The notes under the pieces: generated by a model
Databases searched by the model: none
Seen by the model: only the letters and a program-made list of their open reading frames with translations
What the model was told of the DNA's origin: nothing
Assembly (NCBI GenBank): GCA_951406725.2
Contig: OX597825.1
Location: 21,824,001-21,888,000 of the forward strand
Reading direction: 5' to 3'
From: Octopus vulgaris
Lineage: Eukaryota
DNA: 64,000 nt
Shown here: positions 38,943 to 53,770 of the stretch, piece after piece
How positions within the stretch are numbered: the stretch's first letter is position 1
Layout: every line of letters starts with the position of its first letter
Translations under genes and position numbers: made by a program

Positions 38943-40163
38943 TAAACAGACAATTCAGTTTTTGTAATAACGCTATACATACTGTAACAACTAATGAAAA
39001 TAGCTTTTGCTGGACATCACTGTTCTTTTAAAAGTGAAAAACTTGTCTCTAGTGTAATGTGAGCAATCAAAAGTTTTAGCCGAACCCGTATTTGCTAGAT
39101 ATATATATATATATATATCAATTGATTACCTAATGAAATATGCTTTAATATACTCTCCCGTTTCAATACATTTCCGTTATATGAAATATAATGTACATAT
39201 TTTAAAAAATTAATCTGAAATATATATTTGTAGAAAACTAGGCTTGAACTGAAGTATGATGTGAATTTATACTGCGCATGCGTCAGCATAATCTCAACCG
39301 TATTGTCGTCATTCAATTGTCGTTATTGAATACTTTGAGCTTTTAATACGTAGGAATGAGATGCATCTCTCTAATTCTGAATCGTATTCTTGCGTTTTCA
39401 AATGACGTAAATAGCTCTCAGGTATACAACACAGAGAAGAGAAGTTCATTGTAGTGTTAATATTATGTAATCGTATTAATATTGCTTTCATATATAATAT
39501 CACCTTTATAATTACGTCCTTCGTTACGGAAGTCGTAAAAGTATGTAGAATATATAATTTCTTTTAGTGTCAATTTACTTTCCTTGTTTGCTGGAAGGCA
39601 AAATGTTTAAATATCCTATAAATCCTGTTTTACAGAACAGCGGTGTCTGGTTTCTGGTTCAAGCGAAATCCATAATATCGTTTATTCACCTCCAAGTAAT
39701 TTTATTTATGTGGTTATATGAAGTGATAACGCAGTCAGCTATAGAAAGCATTGTGGAACGACATCTTTTCCTTGCTATAAGCACTTCACCAGATATCACC
39801 ATTATAGTTTGGAAAGAGACCCACCAAAGACGGTTATCTTAAGTTACTCTGCGTAATCACAAAGTCTCCATTATTGACTGTAAACCATTTGAATTGTAAT
39901 AAACAATGACCGTATCTGTCTATAAATCTTTCAGTAAATAAATCTTACAATAAATACATTAAATATATATTGCTTCAACCGAAGAAAACGGTGAGTGTAT
40001 ATTTCCAGAGTTGCTATAGGTGAAGTGTTTGCTCTTTAGAAATTTACCTCATTGCTTTTCACACAAATAAGATAATGCGATGACATGTGAGGAAGATTGT
40101 ATTCTATAGCAAAGGCGTTACTCATTATTTCCTTCAGAAACCATACACTATCATCAACATATG

Positions 40164-40643
40164 TATGTGAAATTGGTTACGAATTAAGCAAGGTAATAAT
40201 TTAAAAATTAAATGAAGTGTTTATATGTAATTCACGTACAGAAATGGCCAGAACTTTACTACCACATTGGTTTCTAACTCGCAGAATCGGAATCCAAGAA
40301 CTACTAAACGTTCATCTACCTTTATGTGAAATTGGTTACGAATTAAGCAAGGTAATAATTTAAAACTTAAATGAAGTGTTTTTATGTAATTCACGTAAAG
40401 AAATGGCCAGAATTTTACTGCCACATTGGTTTCTAACTCGCAGAATTGGAATCCAAGAACTGCTAAACGTTCATCTACCTTTATGTGAAATTGGTTTACG
40501 AATTAAGCAAGGTAATAATTTAAAACTTAACTGAAGTGTTTATATGTAATTCACGTACAGAAATGGCCAGAACTTTACTGCCACATTGGTTCCTAACTCG
40601 CAGAATTGGAATCTAGCATCTGCTAAACGGTCAGCTACCTTTA
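40164..40643. repeat. 159-bp tandem repeat, 3 copies
   Basis: Unit tatgtgaaattggttacgaattaagcaagg...ctaccttt starts at 40164, 40323 and 40482. Confidence 0.93.
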
Positions 40644-41272
40644 CTTCAGCTGTTGCATTGAAGTATGTTGTGCGGTTATGGTATCAGTGAAACAGCTACA
40701 TTATGGGTCATTCATACTCGATCATTGACAATAAGTAATATCTATAAACCAGATTATTTCCTGCAGTCAAGACTATGATAGAAATTCAGGTTTACGCAAA
40801 TACCATGATTTTTTTCTGTCTTCTATGTTTCTCTGTCCTTCTCACTCTTTCTCTCTCTCCCCACCTCTAGCTTTTAGCGTTGTGTTGGGTATAATAATAT
40901 CCAAATTGCCAACAGTCTCTTTAGATATTTGCCAGTCTACTGACTCAAGAAGTGTCTCTTAGAGAAGAACTCCATTTGGAATATAAAAACCAAGTTTTAA
41001 GTAAACTAGAAACTCATAATTTGTTGTGTCTGGGGAGAGTCATTTTCTTTTTGTGCCTTATAATTTAATACACTCACCGGTAAAATTTCCACTTATTTCG
41101 TTGCGTCTTGCTTCAACACACAAACGCATACAAAGAATCTTGCACACCAAATCCAAAAACGAAATAGAAACTCATAAGTTATGTCTATAATATGAATAAT
41201 GACTGATCGATCGTCCCATAAGAAAACATATTCACAGCTAATTTGTTTAATTCCGATTGTTATATTTTTCAG

Positions 41273-41419
41273 ATTGGGTGGTGGTATTTTTGCTGATACT
41301 TTCGTTGGTAAATGGGACTCGTGGACTGTGGCTGTGAAACGGTTAACTCTAGTGATTCACCCAAACCAGTTATCATCATCCCTAATTGAATGGATGAAGA
41401 AAGAAGTGAATTATTTCAG
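41273..41419 (+). CDS. Internal exon encoding protein kinase subdomains I-III (TK/TKL-like)
   Basis: tatttttcAG acceptor, AG|GTatgt donor, 147 nt, phase 2-2; encodes LGGGIFADTFVGKWDSWTVAVKRLTLVIHPNQLSSSLIEWMKKEVNYF (Gly loop, VAVK lysine, helix-C Glu). Confidence 0.88.
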
Positions 41420-43425
41420 GTATGTTTTTGAATCTCATTTTTTGATTGACGCAGCCATATAAGGTTTCATAAAATTATACAACATAACTGACTTGACTGG
41501 ATTGTAACAATGGACTGACTTCAGTGCAGATGGTAACCTTCTGCCACAAACAGTATGTGTGATCGCTATGAGTTTACAACCATCGATCTATTGGCGTACA
41601 TCATGTTAAAGAAAATAGAAACAATTTTGAACTGTTACAAGCAAATATATAGTTTGTTACATTCAAAATTTTTCTCTCCTCAATGAAGACATTCATATCT
41701 TTCATGCTACCTGTTCTTCTGGCAACATCTCATATAGCGTCATCAATATTTTCACGAATCTGAGAATCTAGGTGAGGCCAATGATGTTATAGTTAATAAT
41801 AAAACATATGATCGTGATTGTTAAGTTGTTTGTCAATGGGTAATGTGCCTTCAAATTTTCTGATATTCGACGTTGTTTGTTAAAGAGCAAAAATACGACG
41901 TGTACGGACAGATCTATCACAGAAACAAATTGCGTTAATGTATCCCAGATTTTGGCCATGTGTAACACATCCGAACAAATGTACACTACCAATGTTCCGC
42001 ATTCTGTTCATTACATTCTTATTTAGATGTGTTTCACTCACTCAAATATATTATCCTGTCCTCACTCTAGTCTTACACATTGGGAAACTAAATGCATCAT
42101 TTTGAAGCACACAATATTTCATATACGCTGACAATATAATCACCGAGCTGTTTCAACTTCACATTCGGAGCAGACAAAAAGTGAAAAATACGATATCACC
42201 ACCAGTAATCATGAACAGACATCAACGAAAACATTGTAGGTAATTACTAATGCTAGACATCCACAATCTCTGGTAATGTGTTATGCTTGCCACATCTATA
42301 TCTACCCAAAATCCGGGATTACACATAAAATGCCTGTAGTAATATAACTTTGATAAGATGATAAACTTCCTAAAAGCTCAAGTAAATCGTATATTGGAAT
42401 ATTTCTCACAAACATAATCCAGTGACACAGACTTGCTTGGCCATTTTTATAATAGTTCGCCCGTTTAACTGAATCAAACGTTGTAATCTCCAAATCAAAA
42501 TTGTTTGGTTCTCTCGCGTTGTCGCTAAAATAACGACACGTGCGTTTGTTATATAGCTTATATCATAGCTTCTTAACAGAAGAACGCAGCCCAAACGCAT
42601 TTTCTCTATTCATCAGATTCATTGCCACATCCATGGCTCCCGCAAGTATGATATTAGCCTGGTTATTTTCTTCATCGAGCGTATAAATGATTAAATTAAA
42701 CACTATCTGTATCAATCGCAGATTATGTCGTCAAATACCGTATTTCACAGAGCCTACTTCATTGAAGCAAGTGTTAAAATTGTTGAAAAAGAAATTTTTG
42801 TTACAGCTTTTAGAGCTTACCTTTATTCAAGATGATCGACAGATTACAAAACCCACTTTTTTAATATATAGTCCACTTCGTTCTCGTTCAAAGCTACATA
42901 GCCATGTATTCCTTAGTGTGTCAATTTTTGAAAAAAAAAAAGAAAAATGATAATCTACATTTATAAAGAACCACACTATCGGTTTCATGCTGCGATATTC
43001 CATCATTACCGGTGAAAAATTTCGTGTCTTCCAAATTCTTATATCTTTTCAATCCAGTTCATATAACCTTCGTTTGACAACTGAGATAACGTTTCAATCA
43101 ATTTAGTGTTAAACAATATCCACACTTGGATTTACCGTATCGCTAGCAGCATTACAGTTTTGAAAGCGTAAAACGTATGTGATATATTTCTTTGATAGAT
43201 AATACAGCCTTCCTAAACACTTCCTTATATGTTAGCGGGTCACATTGAAATGTAGAAATTTTCGTCATTCTCCTTTATTCCCTCACAGTTATGTCTCAGT
43301 GAACTTTTGACCCTATGCAAAAACGACAGCTACCCTACTAAGATATTTCAGTAGCATTCCCTTTTTACATTGCATTGCTCTTTTATATTTGAAAATTCAA
43401 TATTAAAGTGTAGACATATTATATG

Positions 43426-43481
<56 letters not shown>

Positions 43482-43523
43482 TATATGTATATATATATAT
43501 GTATATATATGTATATATATATG

Positions 43524-43572
<49 letters not shown>

Positions 43573-43651
43573 GTATGTATATATGTATATATCTGTTGGT
43601 GTCTATGTCTGCGTCTTTATGTGTGCGTGTGTTTTTATACATACATGCATA

Positions 43652-43704
<53 letters not shown>

Positions 43705-45401
43705 ACACACGTACATACTTTCGCATACGTACATATGTATGTACGTGTGCATATGTATCCACACACACACACACACAACACAACACAGACACACACACGC
43801 AGAGGTTTATATGTTCATGAGGGAATTTTATCATTTTGAATTATTAAAGGAAACGAAAAATTCAAGAAAATACGTTCATGCGAGTTAGTGAACGACTCAT
43901 ATTGATTCCCAAGTCTGTAAATTTATTTTTACATTTGTAAGGGATTTTTTTTTCTTTTACTTAATTTCCGCTGAATAAAACCCGAAATTATTTGAACAAT
44001 GTCTTGAGATATTAATTTCGGAAATTCAATTCGTTCAGAAAACTTTACATGATATACACATTTTTATCTTTTTTCATCAATAATAGAAAAGTTGTGTTGA
44101 TATGCATTGCATTAAGCTTTTATAGAATATTATGGAAAAATCCCAGTTTTTTTTTTTTTTCTATCAAGTAAGAAAAATATTCTGTATAATATAACTCTTC
44201 TGTTTTTCCTGACAAATTTATTCATGAACCCCATTTAGGTTTCTGCTAAGAACTGTCTCCCTGCTGGTTGTTTGTTGTATTTAAAGAGAATTGCTTATGC
44301 GAATTGCATTTTCAGAGGTGTGTTTAACAATATTTAGCAGTTAAAGTTAGTCATTATTAGCTCTGGCTAATTCTAGTGGACATTTTATGTCATAAAACGC
44401 AATTTTTGAACTACAGAATTATATGACTGTTTTGAAAATGTTTTTTTCTCTCTTTTTGTTTTTTGCATTTCCCATCAAATTTAGTCATTGATATTTCATT
44501 CACATTCGTATTTCATACTATAGCTTCGCAAAAAACTAAAATATTTATTATTGTAATGGAACAGAAAAGGATGAATGTGCTTTTTTTTCAGCATCCTCCA
44601 TTTGGGACTTTCCGAGAAAATTTATCATAATTTCGAATATAATTTACATATGAAGAAAATTTAAATACTATATATTAACTTCTAACACACCTGACAACGT
44701 AAAAAAATACGAATTAAGAAATTTGGCAGTTAATAGGTTAAGAATGATATATAAGGGTATAACTCTGTATTGGAACAGGCCAACATTGTTTCATTGGTGA
44801 CTTATGCTTTTTACATCTTGACTGAAATAAGATTACCAAAAAACAAAAGACGAAATGACTGAGTTACGGTGTTCACTTAACACGGTTCGCATTATAGTTC
44901 AATAAACGGATATAGAATGGAATTACCATCAAACCATGAATGAAATTATAAAAAAAAACAAAAGCGTTTGAATAAAATAGGTAATTGGTAAGCGGAGCCA
45001 TTTTCCATTCTTCTTCTTCCTCGTGTCATGGGATATGCTGAACACAGCATTTTAAATTTCCAAATACCTACCAGATTGATGTTGCGTCCTTTTCCTATGT
45101 AGCTAAACGGCAAAGTATTGCGGTAGATTACGTATAACACTGAGCTTGCAGTCTATTCTGCAGCCATGCAGTTCATCCTGGGAACATATGTTTCCCATGA
45201 CTGTGTGGTTAACAATCTCAAACTGCAATCATATGATTTCGCGTTCATTTCCAGTGGGCGGTACATTGGGCGTCTGACTCGTACAATACCTCCGAGCAAA
45301 CCAATGCCTTGGGATTGAAATTAGAGGACGGCAGGATGTGTTGAAGGCCGTCATCTCTCTCTCTCTCACTCTATCTATCTATCTGTCTGTCTGGCTGTCT
45401 G

Positions 45402-45473
<72 letters not shown>

Positions 45474-45474
45474 A

Positions 45475-45506
<32 letters not shown>

Positions 45507-45517
45507 GTGTATATATA

Positions 45518-45750
45518 TTCTTTTATTCTTTTACTTGTTTCAATCATTTAACTGAGGCCATACTGAAGCACCCCCTTTACTTGAACAAATCGACCGCAAG
45601 ACTTATTCTTTGAAAACATAGTACTTATTCTATCGGTCACTTTTTTGCTGAACCGCAATGCGACGGAGACGTAGACGCACCAGCCACGCTTGTCAAGCGA
45701 TGGTGGGGGAACAAATACAAGACACAAATAACAAATACATACATACATAC

Positions 45751-45793
<43 letters not shown>

Positions 45794-45806
45794 TTACTAA
45801 TATATA

Positions 45807-45849
<43 letters not shown>

Positions 45850-45934
45850 GCATTATATACATGCCATTATACATACATGCCAAACGCTAACAATTTCTTG
45901 TTATTTTCCTTATTAAGTAGTTGTCCTTAATTGC

Positions 45935-45969
<35 letters not shown>

Positions 45970-45981
45970 TTATAATATATA

Positions 45982-46030
<49 letters not shown>

Positions 46031-46330
46031 GACGGGCTCTTCCAGTTTCTGTCTACCAAATCCACTCACAAGGCTTTGGTCTGCGGCTTCTTACCACACA
46101 GCCACTCCTGCGACTATACACATACACCCATATATATATGTATTCTTTTACTTGTTTTAGTCATTTGACTGTGGCCATGCTGTAGCACCGGCTTTAACCG
46201 AACAAATCGACCCCACGACGTTCTTTGTAAGCTTAGTAGTTAGTAGTTATCAGCTGTCAGTATCTTTTGCCCAGCCGCTAAACACACCAGCGTCGGCTGT
46301 TAAGCGATGGAGGCGGAAAAACACAGAGAC
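45518..46330 (-). mobile_element. Nested or fragmented SINE family B copies with TA tracts
   Basis: Two tails (ttcttttacttgttt...catttgactgtggccatgctg) and one internally deleted head segment. Confidence 0.65.
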
Positions 46331-47742
46331 AACACACACACACACACACACATACACACATGAACCGAAAGAGGCCGGTCAGTTCTGATAGCTTTTATGA
46401 CTTACTGTAGCATCCAAGAGAGACAATGATTACAGAGTCATTTCTACCTTTTCGCTTCTCCACGCTGTCACTCTAGTAACTGTATAAAATATTCACGGAG
46501 TGTCACTGATAGTTCAGATGAATCGATAAGTAGGTGAAAAGGATGCTTACATGTTTTAAAGAAAAATATTGTGGTTTTCACTATTTTTAAACTTTGAATA
46601 TTAGAAGAATCAAAAGTGCAAGTATATAAATTCCTGTATGCCTAGACAAACCTCCTATTAAATTTCATTAATACTAACTGGAAATATAGTTACTTCTCAT
46701 AAGCAATATACATTTGTATCATAAATAACAGGAAATAGCAGATAACAAATGATATATTATTCCACTAAATAGAAAATAGATAAGAAATCTAAAGTTACCG
46801 AATTCCGTAGTAATATTTGCCTTATCTTATTCGTTTGTCTTCAAAATATATGAGTATAAAATATAATTGCGCTTATTTTTTTTACTTTCGCACCAAAAGT
46901 GTCCAAAAGTTATCAAAAATGCGTCTGCAGTTTACAGGCCACCATTTGTTTACGAGGCAATTAAAACTATTGCATTTCTTATTTACAGTGTTTCATGTGT
47001 CCCAGGAGATTCATGAAATACTGTATAACTATTCCTGTCTTTTGAAACAGTAAATTTTTAATCATTTATTTTCTTTATGTAGTTCGGCTGTGTGAAACTG
47101 CGATTGTATCTAACGCAGAAAATATGTACAATCGCCTTTGGCCGACTCTACTTTCACCAGAACGAATGGTAAGCGAGTCGTGAGTGTTTTTAAACATGAC
47201 TCAGCTTATGTGTTCCTTCTGTATGTGGGTGAATCGCTTGATCTGTGTATTGTCCTTGATTCTTAGAGTGGCAAGTTCAAGTTTCTGAATCGAAGTTTGA
47301 ACTATTTTGTGATAACTATGAATAAACGAGAATGGAGTTGAATTGGCAAGGTAGGAGAAAAGATCTTCAGCAAAGTACTTAAAATATAGGTTACTGTATA
47401 TTCTTTGTGTTGTAGATATTCGTTTCCTGCAAGTCAAGTGTAAGATGAAGGTGTCAACGTCTGGTGTTAACATCGGCTGTTGATACCAGGTGTTAACAGT
47501 CGATATAGTTAATTTAAACCTCTTAAATGGCTGGCGAAATATATCGAATATAATAACTTCCCACTGTGGTTTCATTACAGGAAATGTTATTTTAAACTGT
47601 ATATTCATCTTGTGATTGAGATAATTGTATATTTTTCCATATTTTAATTGACATTACTTTGAGAACTGTGCAAAGAGTTGAATGTCAGAAGGACAAAATA
47701 ATGTATTGTATAATAATCTTCCCACAGTACTTTTAGCAAAGC

Positions 47743-47786
<44 letters not shown>

Positions 47787-50700
47787 TATACGCACACACA
47801 CACATCCACACGCACAACGTAGCTGCTAAAATCACTTACATGTGAACGGCTCTGTAGACAAAAATAAATAAATAAATAAATAAAATTGCTGCTCTAAATA
47901 TTATATGAGCTGTCACAATAATGTCGACAAGTGTTTCGTTCGTTTACAATATTCAATTGAATTCTTCAACTGAGCATTACTTGGAAGAAGCAAGTTCCAC
48001 AAGTTACGTTTCTTCAACCGAAAATGGCATCGTACTCATATTCTGAAATACAATAATTCAATACTCATTTATTCCTGCATTTTTGCAGAAAATGTGAATG
48101 TGCCTGAGTGTGGGCATAGTTAGGACATTAAATGGTATAAGCATAAAGCGTAAGACGGCACCGAAATTAATTATTAATTAATAATTAATAATTTTTTAAA
48201 TTTTAAATCTAATGTGGTTTAGCAATTGATGTCAGAGACCAGACGTTGTTCCACCCAAAAAAGTAATGAATGAAACCATGATCATAGATATCGCTCTAAC
48301 TAGGGATGTCGAAATGAATGATCAAAAATAGCCCAATATTCAGAAGTACAAACCGCTAAGTGTTATAATATAGACCCAGTATTGATATAAAGAACATGTT
48401 TCTAGATTTTCATATCGCTCTGTGGACTGAAATTATTCCATACATTTTGGATAACGTTTTGTTTCCATTCGTCGACCTTCTTCCATATATTCTTCCTTAT
48501 TTCTTATCCTCCACAACGGTTTGACATTGCACTGCATCATCCACTTGCTTCCTATCGAAGCATATGACTGGTATGGTACTGCTAGACATGGAATGTTCGG
48601 TAGAGATAAAATCTGATTTCTGAACTTTTGAATTTCGATGCAGTAACCTCCGTCATTCGTTCCTGTTTCAGAGCAAGTTACTATCCATCAACAATCATCA
48701 TCATTATCATCATCATCATCATCATCATCACTATCATCATCATCATCATCATCATCATCTCTCTCTCTTTCTCATTCTTCCTTTTCCTCTCTCAGACTTT
48801 CCAGAGGACCGTGATATTTCCCATACTTCGCCGGAGCCCATTAAACTGGTCGTTTAAAGTAGGGGTCATATAAAAACATCCCTAATACACTGCGACGCGA
48901 AATATGTCATATGAACCATGTTTTCCCTCTCAAACCATTCGGGAAACGCTATAGAGAGTTCAACGTGATACACCCTTGTTTCTCTGTGAGGAACGTGTAT
49001 AAGACAAGAATTTTCTGACGCGATATTTGGAAAGCTGTGTTCGCAGAGCCATGAGTTGTTATTGCTTTCGCCGTTGCTGTGGTAATAGTTAAGCCACTTG
49101 ACAAAAGCGCTGACATTTGCTCTAAAAAGTCATAAACATAATTTTTTTCAAACTGTTAATACCTTGTTTTGCAATATTGCTGTCCATTTAGCTTCTGATT
49201 TCATATTTTCCGCACACTGTCTCTGTTTATGCTGCAGGGGAATATTATCCCCGACTTGTTGTGCTGTATGTCAGATAAAAATAAACACAAAATCAGACGA
49301 AGTTTGGAAAAATTGTTCAGATAATTTGGGTTAAAAATATTGAAACAATATCTTAGAGTTCTTTGAATCAAATCACATTGATACAGCAGAAATAATCCAA
49401 GAACCAAGAGCATTATGAAGTATGAATTGCCAGTTTGAAATTGTAATAATGAATGGGAAAATAGCAGCAACGACAATAACATTAAAACGATGATGATCAT
49501 AATGATGATGATGATGTTAATGACGATGCGGAGGAGGATGATAACAATGCCAATAATGATATGTTTCTTCGTCAAAAAATGTTGTGTGAAGACTTGAACA
49601 AGATTGTTTGTAAATAAGTCCCGTGTCGGAATGGAAAATACATAATTTTTACGCGTCAGAAGTAGGACACAATGCCGAAGCTAAAATAGTGCATTTCTAA
49701 TATCTCTAAATGTTCTTCAAATCATTGGAAGCTGTGTTCGTCTTGTTATGAGAACGATATAAAAGAAGTTAAGAGTAGAACAAGGAAACATTCAGTCACA
49801 AAATTCCCATCGGCCTTTCAGAAAATTTACTGCCGCACAGAACCACTATCCACTATCCTGGCGTATTTGAAGAAGAGGATGGGCAGTTGGGTTGAAAAGA
49901 AATGTATTTTCTCACTCCTTGCAGGAACGCGTGCAACGCTTCTTCTTTTCTAGTAACAACAGATAGGGAAATTTTTGAGACGATATTCACAATTGATACA
50001 AGGGATACCAAGATAGAGTAAAGAAATCCTGAAGCGCATTCTGTGTAATTTTCAAAGTTTGAAGAAGTGCGTGCATGAAGTTGCCAATTCTCCTCGTTGA
50101 TATATCTACCGGTGCAATAATTCCTTCTACTATTGGTAGAAGATCCGAAACATGGCGGTAGGTGGCTAGCCGATTTCAAAGTCACCAGGACTCGACTGGT
50201 ACTTATTTTATCAACCACAGTGAGATGAAGGGCCAAGTCAACCTCAGTGGAATTTTGAAGTAGAACTTAAAGTCGCGAAGAAATACCGCTATTCATTTTG
50301 TCGGACGTATTTTAGTAAATCCATGAACAATGAACTGCCAAAGAAAAGTATTAAATAAGTCCAATATACTTTTTAACAGACTGCCAATGAAACGGTCAGC
50401 AATGCAGGTTTATCCTCTGTGAAGATTTACAGACATTTATTTCGTCGGAATTTCACACGTAAATCTCCTTTATCAGAGTTATTTCAGATAACAATTGAAG
50501 CGATTATATGCAAAATAACAAGAAAAATTTTGCAAAAACTATCATGTAAAACTGATTACATAATACATTTTCCTCACTATGCTTCAGGTGAAACATTTCT
50601 GAATTGACTTGATAATAAATATGCAAGTGTGTGTGTGTGTGTGAGTGTGTGTGAGAGAGAGACAGACAGACAGAGAAAGAAAGAGGGAGAGAGAAAGAGA

Positions 50701-51569
50701 GAGAGAGAGAGAGCTTGGCTTCGTTTAAATTTTTTGTACGTGCTTCCCCTTAAAATGGTGGTTCGGCAATAAGAATCCCATTGAATTAATAGGAGATTCT
50801 TTTATATTGGGACCCTTTTGATACCTATTTCACTCGCTTGGACCTTTATAGCCGTTTGATATTTAAAGAAGTCCTATTATATTTTTACGATTAAATATTG
50901 TAAGAAATCCTATTAAAAATTTGTTAAAATTATAGAAGTATATATAGAAGCATAACCAATTTATTGTACATAAATTTTAACAATGAAATCGTACGGACTC
51001 CTTCTGAGTCACACAGACATCGGTTGGGAACGTTTACTTGAAAATAATAAAGGACTGGTGCCGATTTGTTAGAGTAAAACAGTTCAAGGCGTTAACCTAA
51101 CATGGCCTTGGTCCATTGATCACAGCAAGTAAAAAAGATAAAAAAAGTAATATTGATCAAATACCAACGCTACCACATTAAGAGACGAAATAGGCATTGG
51201 TCTGTTCAGTAGATTTTGACATTCAAGAGACGCGATTGCCTGTCAGAGCCGTACTTGGGAAAATAACGAACAAAAAAGAAAGAAAAGTCAAAGGAAAAAC
51301 CAAAGTGCAACGATCAAGTCCGCAGTACGTATTAAAAAGCAAAAAGGTGCCGCATAACATCAACGGTTGTATCTAATTTAGTTTCGTACATTTATTGCAT
51401 GGAAAAGAAGATGAAATAATAACGGTATATATTGCGCACCAGAATAACCTGGGTATTCTCTGGAGGCGTCGTGCTTTGATTAGAGAAAGACACAAAGAGA
51501 GAATAACACAGACAGACATATGATTTTCTGTCTGTGAGAAAATTATTGTTGTCGTTATTATTATTATTA

Positions 51570-51628
<59 letters not shown>

Positions 51629-51974
51629 GTTGTTGTTGTTGTTGTTGTTGCGGTATTATAAAACATACATTGTGTAAGGTTCAGCGTGTGATTACTATAG
51701 TTACGTGACCGTAATGTTTTAATAAAAATAAATTGTTTTTCTCGTTCATCACAAAAACAGAAAGTAATTATTTTAGGTAGTTTTTTTTCTTCTTCTTTTT
51801 TCTGTTCTCTGAAACTTGTCTGATGGTTCATAATGTGACAAATATTATGATAGAACTGCACTTCTATAATTTAGATATTCCACAAGGAAATCAACCATTC
51901 ACCTCTCCCTGGCAACAGAGATACACAAGCAGGGGACACTGAACCAAACGCACACTCTCGCATACATATATTGA

Positions 51975-52059
<85 letters not shown>

Positions 52060-52081
52060 GTATATATGTATATGTATATAA

Positions 52082-52116
<35 letters not shown>

Positions 52117-52484
52117 TATATATATGTACAAAATATAAGTAGGTAAGTAGGTATATATGTATGTATATGCATATACACGCTCAAATACTCCGCACAAGGA
52201 TATAATGTACACAAACTTATACACATACATAAAATCATTATTGAATAACAACAACAACAATAATAATGATAATAATAATCATAATGGTTTCAAATTTTGC
52301 CACAAGAGCAACCATGTTGGGGGCTGGGTGGATAAGTCGATTACATCGAACTCCAGCATTTCACTGGTACTTAGTTTATGCAAGGTAAAGTCTACTTCGG
52401 CAGAATTTTCAATCAGAACGTACCGACGGGCGAAAAACCGCTAATTCATTTTATCCAGCGCGTCGCCTTATTAATGGTAATAAT

Positions 52485-52905
52485 CCTTTCTACTATAGGC
52501 GCAAGGCCTGAAATTTTGGTGGAAGGGGACTAGTCGATAACATCGACCCCAGTGCGTAACTGGTACTTTAGTTTATCGACCCCGAAAGTATGAAATGCGA
52601 AGTCAACCCCGGCGGCATTTAACTTCAGAATGTGAACACAGAGGAAACACCACTAAGCATTTCGTCCGGCGTAATAACAATTCTGCCGGCTCGCCGTCTT
52701 AATAATAATAACAAAAATAATAATACTTTCTTTTATAGGCACAAGGCCTGAAATCTAGATAGTCGATTACATCAAACCCAGTACTCAACTAGTACTTAAC
52801 TGGTACTGAAAGGAAAAGTCGACCTCGGCGAATTTTGAACTCAGAACGTATCCCCAGACGAAATACTGCTAAGCATTTCGCTTACGATTCTCCTAGCTCA
52901 CTGCC

Positions 52906-52963
<58 letters not shown>

Positions 52964-52965
52964 TA

Positions 52966-53000
<35 letters not shown>

Positions 53001-53002
53001 AA

Positions 53003-53092
<90 letters not shown>

Positions 53093-53287
53093 ACCTTTCT
53101 AATAAAGGCACAAGGCCTGAAATTTGGTGGCGGGGACAAGTCTATTGCATAGACCCCAGTGTTTCACTAATACTTAATTTATCGACCCCGAAATTAGGAA
53201 GGGCAAGGTCGACTGATAATGTAGTCGTAGACGAAATACATCTAAACATTTCGCTCGGCGTGCTAACGATTCTGCCAGCTCACCGCT

Positions 53288-53290
<3 letters not shown>
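52485..53290 (-). mobile_element. Cluster of SINE family C copies separated by (TAA)n/(TAG)n
   Basis: Repeated ctttct..tataggc.caaggcctgaaat...atcgaccccagtg...gctcgccg blocks. Confidence 0.75.
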
Positions 53291-53341
<51 letters not shown>

Positions 53342-53770
53342 GTAATAATAACAGCAACACCAACAAGAATAAAAGCAAGAGCATTTAGCAGGCTGATAAT
53401 AAAGTAAGAACAAAGAACGTGTTCTCAGGAAATGGAAGTAATAATCGATTCACTGATCTGAAGGATGCCTTCGAGGCGCCGATTGTCACAATATATTCAC
53501 GCACATAAGCTGTTCCAGTGCTTTAGTTATTTAATACGTATTTTTACTGAATGCAGTGATTTGCGACTGAGTAATATCGGTGCCTGTTAGTGATAGTTTG
53601 TTTTCCATAAGTAGCTGTTAGATAGTCATTCATTTTGTTCAAAAACCTTGGATAAACACGCTTTGAAAGACGAGGCGCGTAAAAACTAGTTGCACATTTC
53701 TACATATCGTTCAGAAGAATTATTTCTGTAACTTAACAACAGAGTTTATTTATATAACGGTGACAGACAC

